From Eledone cirrhosa (Eukaryota), in contig OZ024741.1 of NCBI GenBank assembly GCA_964016885.1, positions 309,566,001 to 309,630,000 on the forward strand: a DNA stretch of 64,000 nucleotides. The letters run 5' to 3'. The first letter of the stretch is position 1. Each line of letters begins with the position of its first letter. Under the pieces are notes generated by a model. It had not been told where the DNA came from. It did not search any database and saw only the letters and a list, made by a program, of their open reading frames with translations. The position numbers and the translations under genes were made by a program. Shown here in pieces: positions 49,201 through 60,985 of this stretch.

Positions 49201-52200
49201 TATACAGTGTTTAGCTCCTTGTTTTAAACATCTTCAGAATGAACTAGGCTCTTTAACACAAATACAGTATAGTGAAAGATACTTGCCTTACTTGAAATGG
49301 ACTGGGAATGCTAAGGTAAATTCTGTTTTCTTTATTTGATATGTTCGAGCAAGCTCAGCCAGACGATGATGATGATGATGAAGCAATGAATGAGTTGAAG
49401 AAAAAAATGTTCAAATGGGGAATCAGATGTAGTGTGTAAGAGAGAAGACTGCACTGGTAGTCATCATCATCATCATCATCTTCGTTTAACGTCCATCTTC
49501 CACGCTAGCATGGGTTAGACGGGAGTTGTCCCACTTGAGGCAAAGTTGGTCGGGTGACCATGTCTCGCTCATATAGGACTATCTGGCAGGTTTTCTATGG
49601 TGGAACTGGGAACTTTTTATTGTGTTACCTACACGGCCACATTACAGCGTGGACTATGTGTTTTTTTTGTCGTGACACCTACACGATCTCGATCTCATTA
49701 TCTCATTTATTTGGACTGGATGTTGTGGTTCCAACTTTACAGAGAGAGGGTGGTGTTGGTGGGAGTGGGAGGATAGGGTATGGGTAGTGGATTGGGGTGT
49801 ATATTTGGTTAAGAGGTGCCTACTAACTGTAGGTTTCACTTTGTACATAGGCAAGGTGGGTCTTCTGTATTACTGTGTAGCGCCAAAGATCTCGGTCCAG
49901 TGACATTGTCTTAGAGAGGTGCAAATGTGTAAGGTTGGAATTTATCAGATCGTCCCAGGTTTTTCTGGGTCTACCTACTCCGTAATTACCATCAATTTTG
50001 ATTGCTCTGCACTTTTTTATACAGCTGTCGTCTTTCATAGTCTTCTCTCAAGTAAACAGCATCTGATCCCTCTTATTCCTAATTTCTCACTTAGTTCATT
50101 TATGCTTTGCCGTTCACGTATATTACTATTACACATCCAGCGGAGCATGCATACTTCGTTCCTTTCCAGTCTGCGCAGGTCCTCTGCACACTATGCCCAT
50201 GTCTCACTGCCATGTAGCATTGCTGTTCGTATACAGGCATCATACAATCTGCCTTTCATTTTTAGTGAGAAACCTTTTGTGGCCAACAGCGGTATAAGCT
50301 CTCTGGAGTATGTACAATAATAGGTGGTGGGGTGGAAAATCTTTAATTTTTCTAGGTTGTCCCTGTTGATTTTTTAAAAACCAGAATTATTCATTTAGTT
50401 TACATATTGAGACTCCAACCCATCCTATTTATTTTATAACGTATGAGATTTCTTGTAATGTACTTTTTTTGTCATGTACAATGTTTTTAATGTCTAAAGA
50501 AAATTAATTGTTGAAGGAATGCTACCATTTAAAATAAAATTTCGCCAGAGATAGATTAGTAAAATAAAGAACCCAAGGATTCCTTCTTTAACCCTTTAGC
50601 ATTTAAACCGGCTATATCCAGCCAGAATTCTCTCACCTCTTTCTGTTCAAACTGGCCATAACCGGTTGCTCATACTTATGTTCAGGCATTGTTCTCAAAA
50701 TAAATAATATCAAAATCTCATAGATTCGATATTATATGAGATAAAATGTTTACCGTGAAAATACAATAGTAAATATAGAGCAATATAAATGCTAAAGGGT
50801 TAAATATAATGTGTCTGGTTTTGTCTATTTACAGGTATTTCTGGAAAGTTTTGGACTACTTCAAGATACATGTTCAGTAAACACTCTGTTGTCTTTGTTG
50901 TTGGTAACAGCCCAATTGGAAAGATCCCTGGGAGATGTAAGTTCCATTCTTTATAGTTTCATTGTAAGCAAGAGACTTATGGTTCAGTTTTCACATTATG
51001 TTTGTAAAACTTGTGGCCTGATTTAAACATTTTTTGCTTGTAAAGAGATAGTGCTTGTGCCTTGATCAAATGCACTCTATTCATTCTTTAAAGTTGTAAT
51101 GTTGGTGCCACAATAAATTACTCCCACTTTACTCTGTAAAATGGTAATGTTGGTGCCACAATAAAAGAGCAACCAATCCACTCGGTAAGGTGGCAGTGCA
51201 GTGACGAAAAACACCTTGCCAGGTGTCACTGCCATGATAAGGTGGCAGCGCAGGTGCCACCTGTCCTACCTATCAGGTAGTGCTGCTGCCACAATAAAAA
51301 GCACCCAGTCCACCCAATAAGGTGGTAGGGCCAGATACATGATAAAATGCTCCCGGTACATGTAGAAACCAAATCAAAAATGGAGCATACAAGCACGACA
51401 TATTCACCTGACTAGTCTAGCCACAGTACATGAAGCCTGCCTAACTCATGCAAACATGGAAAATAGACATTAAACTGTAGAATCTTATATTAGAAATATG
51501 GTAATGAAAGGGTTATGGAAATTAACAAAATGCTTGGATGTTGATCGAGGAGTGAGGAAATGCCATTGAATGGAAGCCGCAGTAGAGGTAGGTTGAGGAA
51601 GACTTGGGCAAATGTGATGAGAGCTAACCTCAAATCACTGAGACTCACAGAGGAGATGACAAAGAAACATGGTGAGTGGAGAGATGCTATGCCAAGAACG
51701 ACTCGTCTAACCCATGCAAGCTTGGAAAAACGGATGTAAAAATGATGAAAATGATGACAATGACAACAAAAGAGAATAAAAACAGACACAGATTCCCTTT
51801 CTCAGATATCTGTCATTTCAGTACCTGATGATGTCCAGTCAGATTACTAATCAGTGGCCTTGATCTTTGTAAACTTTCTAAGATTGATGAGATTGACATG
51901 GTCAACTTTATTATTATCATCATTATTATTGTTTTTTGTCCACTTAGCCTTGGGTTGACTAATGCCATGTGAGTGAATTTGGTAGATGAAAACTGTAAAC
52001 AAGTCCATCATATATCATTTTCTATCCACTTTCCATGGAGGCACATATATATATGTGACAAAAAAAAAAAAAAGCATCTTCGACGTCGAGAAATACGATA
52101 GACGTGCTCCATTATCCAATGTATCTTGTCTTTTTAAATGGTAAGGTGAAATAGCAGTGAAATCTCAGCTGACAGAAATTGTACTGCTATTTCTAACAAG

Positions 52201-53272
52201 TAAGTGACTGAAGTTGTTTCCTCCTTGACTCACTGATTTATTCAATTCTATCATTATAGGTGTATTTACGGAAAGGAACCAAATGTCCAGCAAAGTTGAA
52301 AGATCTACTTGTAACCAATGAGCTGAGTGAAGTCTTTGGTTCAGTTATTGTAAGTAGTCTTTGCTGATAATCTTCTTACGTCACAAACATCATCATTTAA
52401 TGTCCATCTTCTATGCTAACAAGGCTTGGGTGGATTTTCACAGACTGAGTCAGTATTCAAGCAGGGCTACAGACCTCTCAGATGGGCCAGGGAACTGCAT
52501 CACGCTTATATACATTACTGCACTCTGCCGAGTGCATTTTATTGCAGCACCAGCTCTAAGGAGGTTGTCATGTCTTTAATACAGCTGATGAGTCCTCCTG
52601 ACTCTTTAATATAAAGCATCTCAACCAGTGCTAACATATATAAAACTATACACTAGTAAGGATTTCTCCTGTTTAAGCACAATTGAATGCTATGTGGTTG
52701 ACTGAATCTATGTAAAGGGGTAGGGGAGCCAATCATCAGATCAGGAAACTATGTTTTGATTGGACTTTCCTTTGCTGATGTTATCTGCTGGTTGCAACAC
52801 CTGACAGAAGCATTGCTGCTTTCTGCTGACACGAGTCGTGGTTTGAACTCCGAATATAAAGAACTTCAGCCTGACACTTTTAAGAATTCAACCAAACAAA
52901 CACCTCTGGACTGGTACTTTATTTATCAATCCCAAAAGGATGAAAGGCAAAGTTGATTGGATCTGTACTCAGAATACCAGAACTCAGAGAGCTGGGACAA
53001 GTACCATTAGCTTATTGGATCCCCTACGATCCAATAAGCTCAAGGAAGAGATTCCGAGCTCTTTATAAATCATAGTAATGAGAGAAAGACATATAATAAA
53101 ATATGTCAGACAATAGGGGATAAAATACCACCCTCGTAAAGAACATAAAATCTACAGATGGAACGGTATATACAAATTAAATAAAAGAATAAATCAAAGT
53201 GTACAAATCTTCCGTTAATGAAAGGTTTGTACACTTTCATTTATAATTTTAATTAATTTGTATATAAATATA

Positions 53273-53343
<71 letters not shown>

Positions 53344-54974
53344 CACAATAAGACAAAAGATATGAACCCAGCTGAAAACCTCCATCATCTTCACCACCAT
53401 TTAATGTCCATTTTTCTATGCTAGCATGGGTTAGATGAGTCCATTGTGAGACAAGCCAGATCAGATGACCATGTCTTGCTCATACAGAACTGATTTTGGT
53501 TTGGTTTCTACTGAGAGTACAAGACTACCGACTGGACAGGATGCCAGTCCATTGTAGGGTTAAACCACCAGCTACTGTTGGTACTCATTTTCAGCTGAGT
53601 ATACTGGGGCAACGTGAAATGAAGTGTTTTACTCAAGAACACAACATACAACCCAGCCCAGGAATCGAACCCACGACATTATGACATAAGTCCAACACCC
53701 TTATCACTAGGCCACATACCTCCAGCTATATTAAAATATCTACTAGAGAATAAGGTATTAAACAAACAGGACAATACTATACAACAATATTAAAAACAGT
53801 TCTGGTGTGTCTAAAAGATAAAATCAAATTATCATAAAAGATCATTCCCTCTGGCACAGAGCACCCCAATGGCAGCAGGGGCCACCTGGACTTGCAAGGG
53901 GTGCCTGGGGCAATAGCACCCTTCACCCCACTATAAATCCAGCCCTCTGTATGTGCATGGGTGGTCAGACAGAGGCAGTAAATGATTTGGAGTAGTTGAC
54001 TTATATTCTTTTCTTCTATGTCCAGATGTTGGTACTTCAGACCTGTATTGGCCCTCCTGTATCACTGAACCTGAGAAACATTGCATGGCATGGATTCTTC
54101 ACTCCTACAGATATGCCAAAACAGTAGGTATGACTTTAAGTGCACCACAATTTATTAAAAGAACGCTTCTATGGAAGACTAGAAATAGCAACCAAATTTC
54201 TCTCAAATCACACCTTGCCATTAAAAAAAAAAAGAATGAAACATTATAGATGTAGTCATAGGTATAGAAAAAGATGGATTGGTCATGGCTGGAACACCTT
54301 TCGGCAATGTTTTGCTCAATCATAGTTGAATTGAGGCTAAAGAACAAACAATTAAGAGTCTACAACAATAACAACAACAAATAGGAGTCCACTTTAAAAA
54401 TATATGATTAAATAAACTGGAATTTTGAGAAAAAAAATTATAAAAACAACCAGTATATTGTTCAATTCCCCACATGTATGTCAGTTCTTGTTTTTCTGTC
54501 TCCAGGAGTACTATACCCAATTTATCCACATAATTGTCATAGGTATCTGCATTGTGGCAAAGATATTTTCAAATTTCAAATTTACCATTGCTTCATAAGT
54601 GAATTATATATGTATCATCATCATCATCATCATTTTACGTCCGCTTTTCCCTGCTTGCAAGGGCGGGATGGGTCCAGATAAGCCAAGTCAGTACTGAAGC
54701 AGAACCACTGATCTCCCAGGCAGGCCAGGGACCTGTGCACTTATGTACAGTCTCACATTCCATCGAGTACTCAAGAGAAATTGTCATGCCATTGATACAT
54801 CTGAGGATCCTCCCAATCTTTTGTTTGACAAGATTTCTACAGCCGAATGCCATTCCTATCACCAACCACTTACAGCATGTACTAAAGGAGAAGATGGAAT
54901 CATTGGATTTGCACTCACCTCATGACTATTTTTTACTGTTCACTACCTCCACTTCACACAATATATAGATATAG

Positions 54975-55010
<36 letters not shown>

Positions 55011-58000
55011 ACATACATACATGCATCATCACCATCATCATCATTTTATGTCCGCTTTTCCCTGCTTGCAAGGGTTGGATGGGTCCTATTCAGCACAGTA
55101 TCTCTCCACTTGTCATGGTCCTTCGTCATCTCCTCGGAGAGTTTCAGCGATCTGAGGTCTGCTCTCACCACCTCCGCCCATGTTTTTCGTGGTCTACCTC
55201 TACTGTGTCTTCCCTCCACTTGGACTTCCTGGCACTTCTTCACCCAGCGATCATCCTCCATGCACATCACATGTCCATACCATCTCAGCCTTCTCTCCTG
55301 CACACCACAACTTATCCCTCTTATACCCAGTTTCTTTCTCAACTTGTCTATGCTTGGTTGTTCATGCACATTGACATTGCACTTCCAACAGAGCATACTT
55401 GCTTTATTTCTCTCCAGCCATCGCATATCTTCTGCAGTTGCTGCCCATGTCTCACTACCATGCAGCATCGCGCATCTCACACAGGCATCATATAACCGTC
55501 CTTTTGTACGCAGGGAGAAACCCTTCTTTGTCAACATTATAAGCAAGTGATTGAAATATATTCATACGCACATAAGTGTACATTAAGACATATCAAAACA
55601 TAGAACTAGAGACAATCTACACTGAAAGTAAGACTACATAATTCGCTGAGTATCTTATTAAATTTAATTAAAAATTTAAAACAAAATACCTGATAACAAT
55701 CAATATATTTCCCTCATATGTATTCTCCACAAAATCAGAATAGCCACTTTCAACCCTGCATTGAGTGAGATTAGATGATTTTGAAATTCCCTCACTGATG
55801 ATCCATTTCAAAATATCTAATTTCGCCGTTATTTGGTGAAATGTATTCTGATTTTGTGGAGAATACATTTTAAAAAAATTATTGCAAAAGCAAATGAAAA
55901 GACAAATATGTGAAAATTGTTACAAAATGAGGAGTATATATTTAATTTTTTTTAAAACTAATTTAATACACCTCTATATGGGCACCATTAGTTGCACAAA
56001 GCACATCAAGACGGTACTCGATTTCTTGTCATGTTTGCTGTAGCATAGCCTTATCAATGGTGGCAATGGCATCAGTGAGCTTTTGCTTTAGATCTGTGGT
56101 GTCCTGTATCTTTGTTCGATACACGATATATTTAACATAAAGAAGTCCAAGTGATATCTGGTGAAACTAGGTGGTCAGGGAAATGTTTGATTTAGGAACC
56201 CACGAACATGCAGTCCCCAATGTGGTGGTGCAGCATCTTGCTCCATTTTTTACAGGTTCATTTAACAGTACCTCTTTTATCAACAGAATACCAAAAATGC
56301 ACAAATGCCCTTTGATTAAAAACTTTGATAACAACTGAAAACATAGAACAAATCTGATTAAGATATCTCATCAATTGCCTTTGTAATATATTTTTCAAAT
56401 TATAAAGAGATTTTATGGACACCCTGTATATATATATCAAATGTAGAACTTTTCAATAAATTCTCAAAGGAGAGTAGAGACAGACTTATAGAGTGTATTT
56501 GCCAGCCTCAGAAAGAAGCAGTTGCTCAATGTTTATATCATGCAAAATAGGAGTTTTAAAAGTTGTTAAAGTGTGGAAAAAGTTAGTGATGCATTTATGA
56601 AATAATTCACATTATGATATAGGTTCTTTGATATCCAATGCTTGATGTAAATAACTGATTTATGTGACTAATAATTGAAATTAGTTTATAACACTCTGAA
56701 GAAGGTATGTTGTGTTTCTACGACTCGCTTTAAGTTTTTCAATAATGAAAACAAGTTGATTTTATTCAGTCCATTTCACAGCTTGCCCCAGATAATTGTA
56801 AATGATTTAAAAACTGTTTTTAATGTAAATAGATTGATTTTCATTTAATACTTTTTAATATATATCATCATCATCATTTTACATCTATTTTCCACACTAG
56901 CATGGGTTAGATGGGTTTGCCCCATTAGAGGCAAGTTGGGTCGGGTAACTATGCCTTGCTCATATAGGACTGTTTCTGGCTAGATTTCTACAGCTGGATG
57001 CCCTTCCTAATGCCAACCACATTTAAAGTGTGTGCTGGGTGCTTTTTGCCGTGTCTCTTACATGATTACTTTACAGTGTGGGATATATATTGATGATGAT
57101 GATGATATATCCTCTTTCTTTCTAGATATGTCTACTTCCTGATGCTCCTAGCTCCTAGCCTTGGCTATGTTATGTCATCCACGGAGGGTACTGTCACACA
57201 TCGACAACCAGTTGATTTCTTACATCAACTCAAATTACTGAGTCATATGTTACCAGGTTAGTGAATATCATGAACCATTGACTAGTAAGGACCAAACTGT
57301 TGAGGATTTAGTTTTCATATATTCTGTGAAGATATATTAGATGTATTCAGAGCTATATTTTATGTAAGATATACTGAATATGTTATGTTTGGTATATTGT
57401 ATATCACATATATATTCTATGTAAGGTATGTAAATCATCATCATCATCATCAATATCATCATCTTACATTGTTTTCCCATGCTAGTTTGGACTAAATGGG
57501 TAAATACAGGATAAATCCGTACTAAATTTGAGCCACTCTCCTTCTAAACCTGCCAGCAACTATGTCTTGTTAAAATGTGTTCTAGTTTTGGCATGGTTTG
57601 TACAACTGGATACTCATCATAATGGCATCTACTTTACAGTGTGTACTGGGTACAATTTATCATGGCAACTGCACTAGCAAGGTTGATATATACTCAGTAG
57701 GATAAAGAGTCCTCTCTATCCTGTATTATCTCTTTATCCGCATTATCATCGTCAGGACCGTGACAAGTGGAGAGATACTGTACTGAATAGAACCCGTCCC
57801 ACCCTTGCAAGCAGGGAAAAGCAGACATAAAATGATGATGATGATGAGGAGGAGGAGGAGGAGGTTCATCATCATCATCATTATCACTATTTAATGTCTA
57901 TTTTCCATGCTTGCATGGGTTGTCATATTCTGAGACCAGACAAATCAAATGATCATGTCTCACTCATACATTCCATTCTGGCATGGTTTCTACAGCTCGA

Positions 58001-59822
58001 TGCCCTTCCTACCACCACTCATTTCATGGCATGTACTGGGTGTATTTTATCACAGCACTGCCACTACTACCTAACTTGGTGGACTCGTTGCTTTTTATCG
58101 TGGCACCAGCACAACCACTTTACAGTATGGGCTGGGTGCATTTTATTGTGGCACCAGTACTACCACTTAGCAACACTAGGGTGCTTGTTGTGTCAACCTT
58201 GGCCAGGTTTGGAAGACAGTTATGGTAATGGGGAAGATGAGAGCATGGGCAGAGGACAAGATGCATGTTACTTTTCAAGGGAGGGGTGTGTGAGGAATGT
58301 GGCTTGCAAAGGGAAGGGGATGAGGGAAAGAGGTGGCCATAAAGAGAGTGACTGACATTGTGACATCCTCGACCAGGCCATAACTTTGATTTTATGATAT
58401 AACATGTCAAGTTTACTTGAACTAAACAGTCATATATTTTATTCATACTTATTTTTTCAAACCTCAGAGTGATAAAAGATTAAGTTGAATTTGACAAGGT
58501 TTGAACTTTGTAAAAATCGAAACCAAATGGAAGGAAGCTGTGTACTACATTGGAATGCTTTTGTTAACATATTTCTAATAAAAAATACTATTTATGTGTT
58601 TCAAATGATTTTGAAAATAACAAAGAATTTAAATGGATTTAGTAATGTAACTAACTTTCTCATTATTAAACTTGTGTTTGGAACATGACTTAACAAAAGA
58701 TTCTTACATAAAATTATAAAGGAAGCTTTTAATTAGAATATAAACAATGGAAAATATGAGGTTTTATATCAGAGAATTAATGGAAGTCTCGAGCTGATTG
58801 GTATTGAATCTGTTGCTTGTTTTGACATCATCATCTAACCATTTCAGTACCTTTAGTGGAATCCATGTTGTTATACACATTCAGGTTAGGTCTCCAGTTT
58901 AAGGTTGACCTATGTGTCTTGGTTTATTCTTTGTGCTGTCCCATCAGTTACAGAAGCCATGCAATTAAAAGACTTTATCACTTTCTTTCCTCTTCTGTCT
59001 AAATCATAAACAAATGGATATTTTTTATATACTTTGTTATTTAGGTGCTATTTATTTATTTATCAGCAGGTATTAACTCCAAAGACACTGAGGAACTCTA
59101 CTTTGATATATTTAAAAATTCTTCTGTGATCCCAGCATCACAGCAGGTTATATGGAGGAAGTGTCTCCAACTCTACCAACAAAAACGGTAAGCTGAAGGA
59201 GGAGATGAAATCATTGGATTTACAACCACCTTGTGACTATTTTTACTGCCCACTACCACCCCTTAATCCTTTTGATAGCATTCCATGATATACAATCTCT
59301 AACTTTAAACCTAAATTATCTCATTCTCATATGTAAGAACACATGTTAAGTTATATCCCCCAAACTATCTTATTTACGAAAAAGTCATCGCAACATTCAT
59401 CATTGGCTCTATTCCCATCATCCTCTGCAATTCATTGTTTATCTTCCTCTCTCTTAACAATATTCCATTCATCTACCAGATCATTCTCATTTTCGCTCTT
59501 TTCAGCCTTCTCTGTTGTTCCATGTTCATCATCTATGCCTCACTCCCATAAATCATGGCACTTCTCAGACATACAACATACTCCTTTCCCTTTTTATTTC
59601 AGTGACACTCCCCTCTTCGTTAACATGACACTCAGCTCCCAGAACTTTTACCATCCACTTCTCTCTCTAGCTGCTGTCACAGAGTTTGATGCACTTTCTG
59701 TATAACTTTTATATTATAGATATGGTTGGTTTGTTGTGCTACTTCTACCCCAGATTGAAAGTGCACTGAGATGCATATTCTGCTCTGCCAATAACTGCAG
59801 CCACAGGATGCTCACTGCTGAG
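42975..59822 (+). CDS. ERMARD: ER membrane-associated RNA degradation protein (C6orf70/DUF4209), 8 coding exons, 3' incomplete
   Basis: Exons 42975-43143, 49167-49315, 50835-50936, 52260-52349, 54026-54123, 57126-57256, 59070-59187 and 59720-59822 all have AG/GT ends and compatible phases (1,0,0,0,2,1,2,0). The spliced protein has [26 protein letters not shown]...[20 protein letters not shown] and [11 protein letters not shown]...RMLTAE, matching my recall of vertebrate ERMARD (CLSPSVYDIICNLG, LERALGDV, LNLRNVLWHGF, RLLTAE). Confidence 0.92.
43780..45060 (+). mobile_element. Old fragmented RTE RT remnant split by an unrelated insertion
   Basis: [37 protein letters not shown], then after ~44740 [14 protein letters not shown]...GIHQ. 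Confidence 0.7.
45197..45541 (+). mobile_element. Full-length tRNA-headed SINE with RTE tail
   Basis: GGAGGCACATGGCTTAGTGGTTAGAGC...GAGTTCAATTC...(GAT)n. Directly abuts RTE copy 2. Confidence 0.9.
45542..48950 (+). mobile_element. Near full-length RTE LINE, disrupted, copy 2 (in ERMARD intron, sense)
   Basis: Highly similar to 5726-9090, with an extra 5' region (MPKIRTNS...[14 protein letters not shown]). ORFs 45872-47077, 47282-47527 and 47988-48524; (GAT)n tail. Confidence 0.95.
48963..48999 (-). ncRNA. Minimal PLE-type hammerhead motif
   Basis: Minus strand TTT-CTGATGA-AGG(ACTCACA)TCT-GAAACGTTA-AGA: canonical CUGAUGA and GAAAC cores with palindromic AACGTT helix III. Helix I is weak. Confidence 0.5.
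49167..49315 (+). CDS. ERMARD: ERMARD coding exon 2
   Basis: TATCAG| [17 protein letters not shown]...YLKWTGNAK |GTAAAT; phase 1 to 0. Confidence 0.88.
49461..50305 (-). mobile_element. Antisense 3' fragment of the same RTE family
   Basis: [34 protein letters not shown] on the minus strand, plus the 3' UTR and (CAT)n. Confidence 0.92.
50592..50799. mobile_element. piggyBac-type MITE
   Basis: TTAA|CCCTTTAGCATTTA ... TAAATGCTAAAGGG|TTAA: 14-bp TIR with TTAA TSD. Confidence 0.8.
50835..50936 (+). CDS. ERMARD: ERMARD coding exon 3
   Basis: TTACAG| [10 protein letters not shown]...[10 protein letters not shown] |GTAAGT. Confidence 0.9.
51520..51765 (+). mobile_element. RTE 3' end fragment
   Basis: [31 protein letters not shown] and tail AACCCATGCAAGCTTGGAAAAACGGATGTAAAAATGATGA. 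Confidence 0.75.
52260..52349 (+). CDS. ERMARD: ERMARD coding exon 4
   Basis: TTATAG| [30 protein letters not shown] |GTAAGT. Confidence 0.9.
53500..53722 (-). mobile_element. tRNA-derived SINE
   Basis: Minus strand GTGGCCTAGTGATAAGGG..GGTTCGATTCC (A/B boxes), then the TGTGTTCTTGAGTAAAACACTTCATTTCAC core. Confidence 0.75.
54026..54123 (+). CDS. ERMARD: ERMARD coding exon 5
   Basis: GTCCAG| [32 protein letters not shown] |GTAGGT. Confidence 0.92.
55023..55535 (-). mobile_element. RTE 3' fragment (related subfamily)
   Basis: [27 protein letters not shown]...RRLRWYGHV...GRPRKTW and tail. Confidence 0.9.
55965..56428 (-). pseudogene. Tc1/mariner (maT/DD37D-like) internally deleted transposon
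   Basis: Minus strand TA-CAGGGTGTCCATAAAATC end; [21 protein letters not shown]...[29 protein letters not shown]...[16 protein letters not shown]. Confidence 0.8.
57126..57256 (+). CDS. ERMARD: ERMARD coding exon 6
   Basis: TTCTAG| [13 protein letters not shown]...THRQPVDF...MLP |GTTAGT; phase 2 to 1. Confidence 0.88.
59070..59187 (+). CDS. ERMARD: ERMARD coding exon 7 (may start at 59067; NAGNAG)
   Basis: CAGCAG| [38 protein letters not shown] |GTAAGC. Confidence 0.85.
59720..59822 (+). CDS. ERMARD: ERMARD coding exon 8
   Basis: TTATAG| [34 protein letters not shown] |GTACAG. Confidence 0.9.
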
Positions 59823-59969
59823 GTACAGTCATCATTTGTTATTGTTGTTCTTATTTGATATAAAGGTTTTTTTTCTCTTTCATTCATTTATAAGCAGGAG
59901 AGGGGTCTGGAAGAAAGGGCTACACTCAGGGCCTTCACAGCCCCTCTAAAATCAGTAGGTTCAATGGGA

Positions 59970-60600
59970 TTAATGTTTTTTTCGAACAGTTGCAAGATGG
60001 CAACTGCAGGAAAAAACATGCACAAGGAGGGAATTCCAAAGGCTTGACATTCTGGGGAAGAAGCACTGTGTGTAGAGATTATTGCAGCAGCCTATGGACA
60101 GTGTACACAATATGGGTGTTGAAAAAAGAAAGTCAAATGAGTTGGGATTTCTTGAGCAAAGGGGGTGTAAGCAGTGTTGGAAATGGGGGCAGTGTATACA
60201 GGGGTGGAGGCAACATGCTGGGAAGAAGGACTGTGTAATGGGTATTGCAGGACCTAGATATGATGTGCACAATATAGATGTTAAGAAGAGTGGAGGTGAT
60301 GGAAGCAGTGTTGAAAATGGGGGCAGTATATATGCAGAGGAAGACAACATTCTGGGTAGGAATGGCTGTATGTAGTTGTTATTGCAGGGATTAAGTATGG
60401 TGTACATAATATGGGTATTGGGAAGTGAAAAGGTGAGTGTGTCGGGAGTACCTGAATGGGAGTGGTGCAAGCAGTGTTGGAAATGCCGGTGGTGTATGCA
60501 GAAGAACGATACTCTCCTAGTTTTTATTTTTTCATTGAGGTAGGGACTCTTATAGCATCTTCCACATCTCAGCTTCATGGATCTTAACATACCCATAGTT
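59970..60600 (-). mobile_element. CR1/Jockey-like LINE 3' remnants, internally duplicated
   Basis: FFPRMSSLWNSL and HFQHCLH-type segments occur two to three times. Confidence 0.55.
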
Positions 60601-60985
60601 TCTAAAATCTATTTCCATCACTGAATGCAAGACAATTCAACCCTGAAGTGCCAAAGCCAGTGTATTTAACATTATTATAGATACAGAGAAGAGACAGCAT
60701 GATTATGGGTCAGGGTTTGGATTGTGATGCTGGCTATTGATTTCTAGGATATATAATCAGTTACATTGATCTCCAATACTTATTTATCAACATTAGAAGG
60801 ATGAAAGGCAAAAAGAACCTGGGCACCAAATACAGATTCTGCCATATACTTATAATACACACACACACATCAGAAGATCCTGTATAGGGTGAAAGCAGAA
60901 ATTCTTTGCTTAAACTTTAATCTGAACTAATAATAAATATTTGCTCTATGGGTTTATATATACTTATATGTATATATATATATAT

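Noticed and set aside
59043-59045. Alternative acceptor TTAG|G upstream of ERMARD exon 7
   Set aside because: It is 25 nt upstream and would shift the frame.
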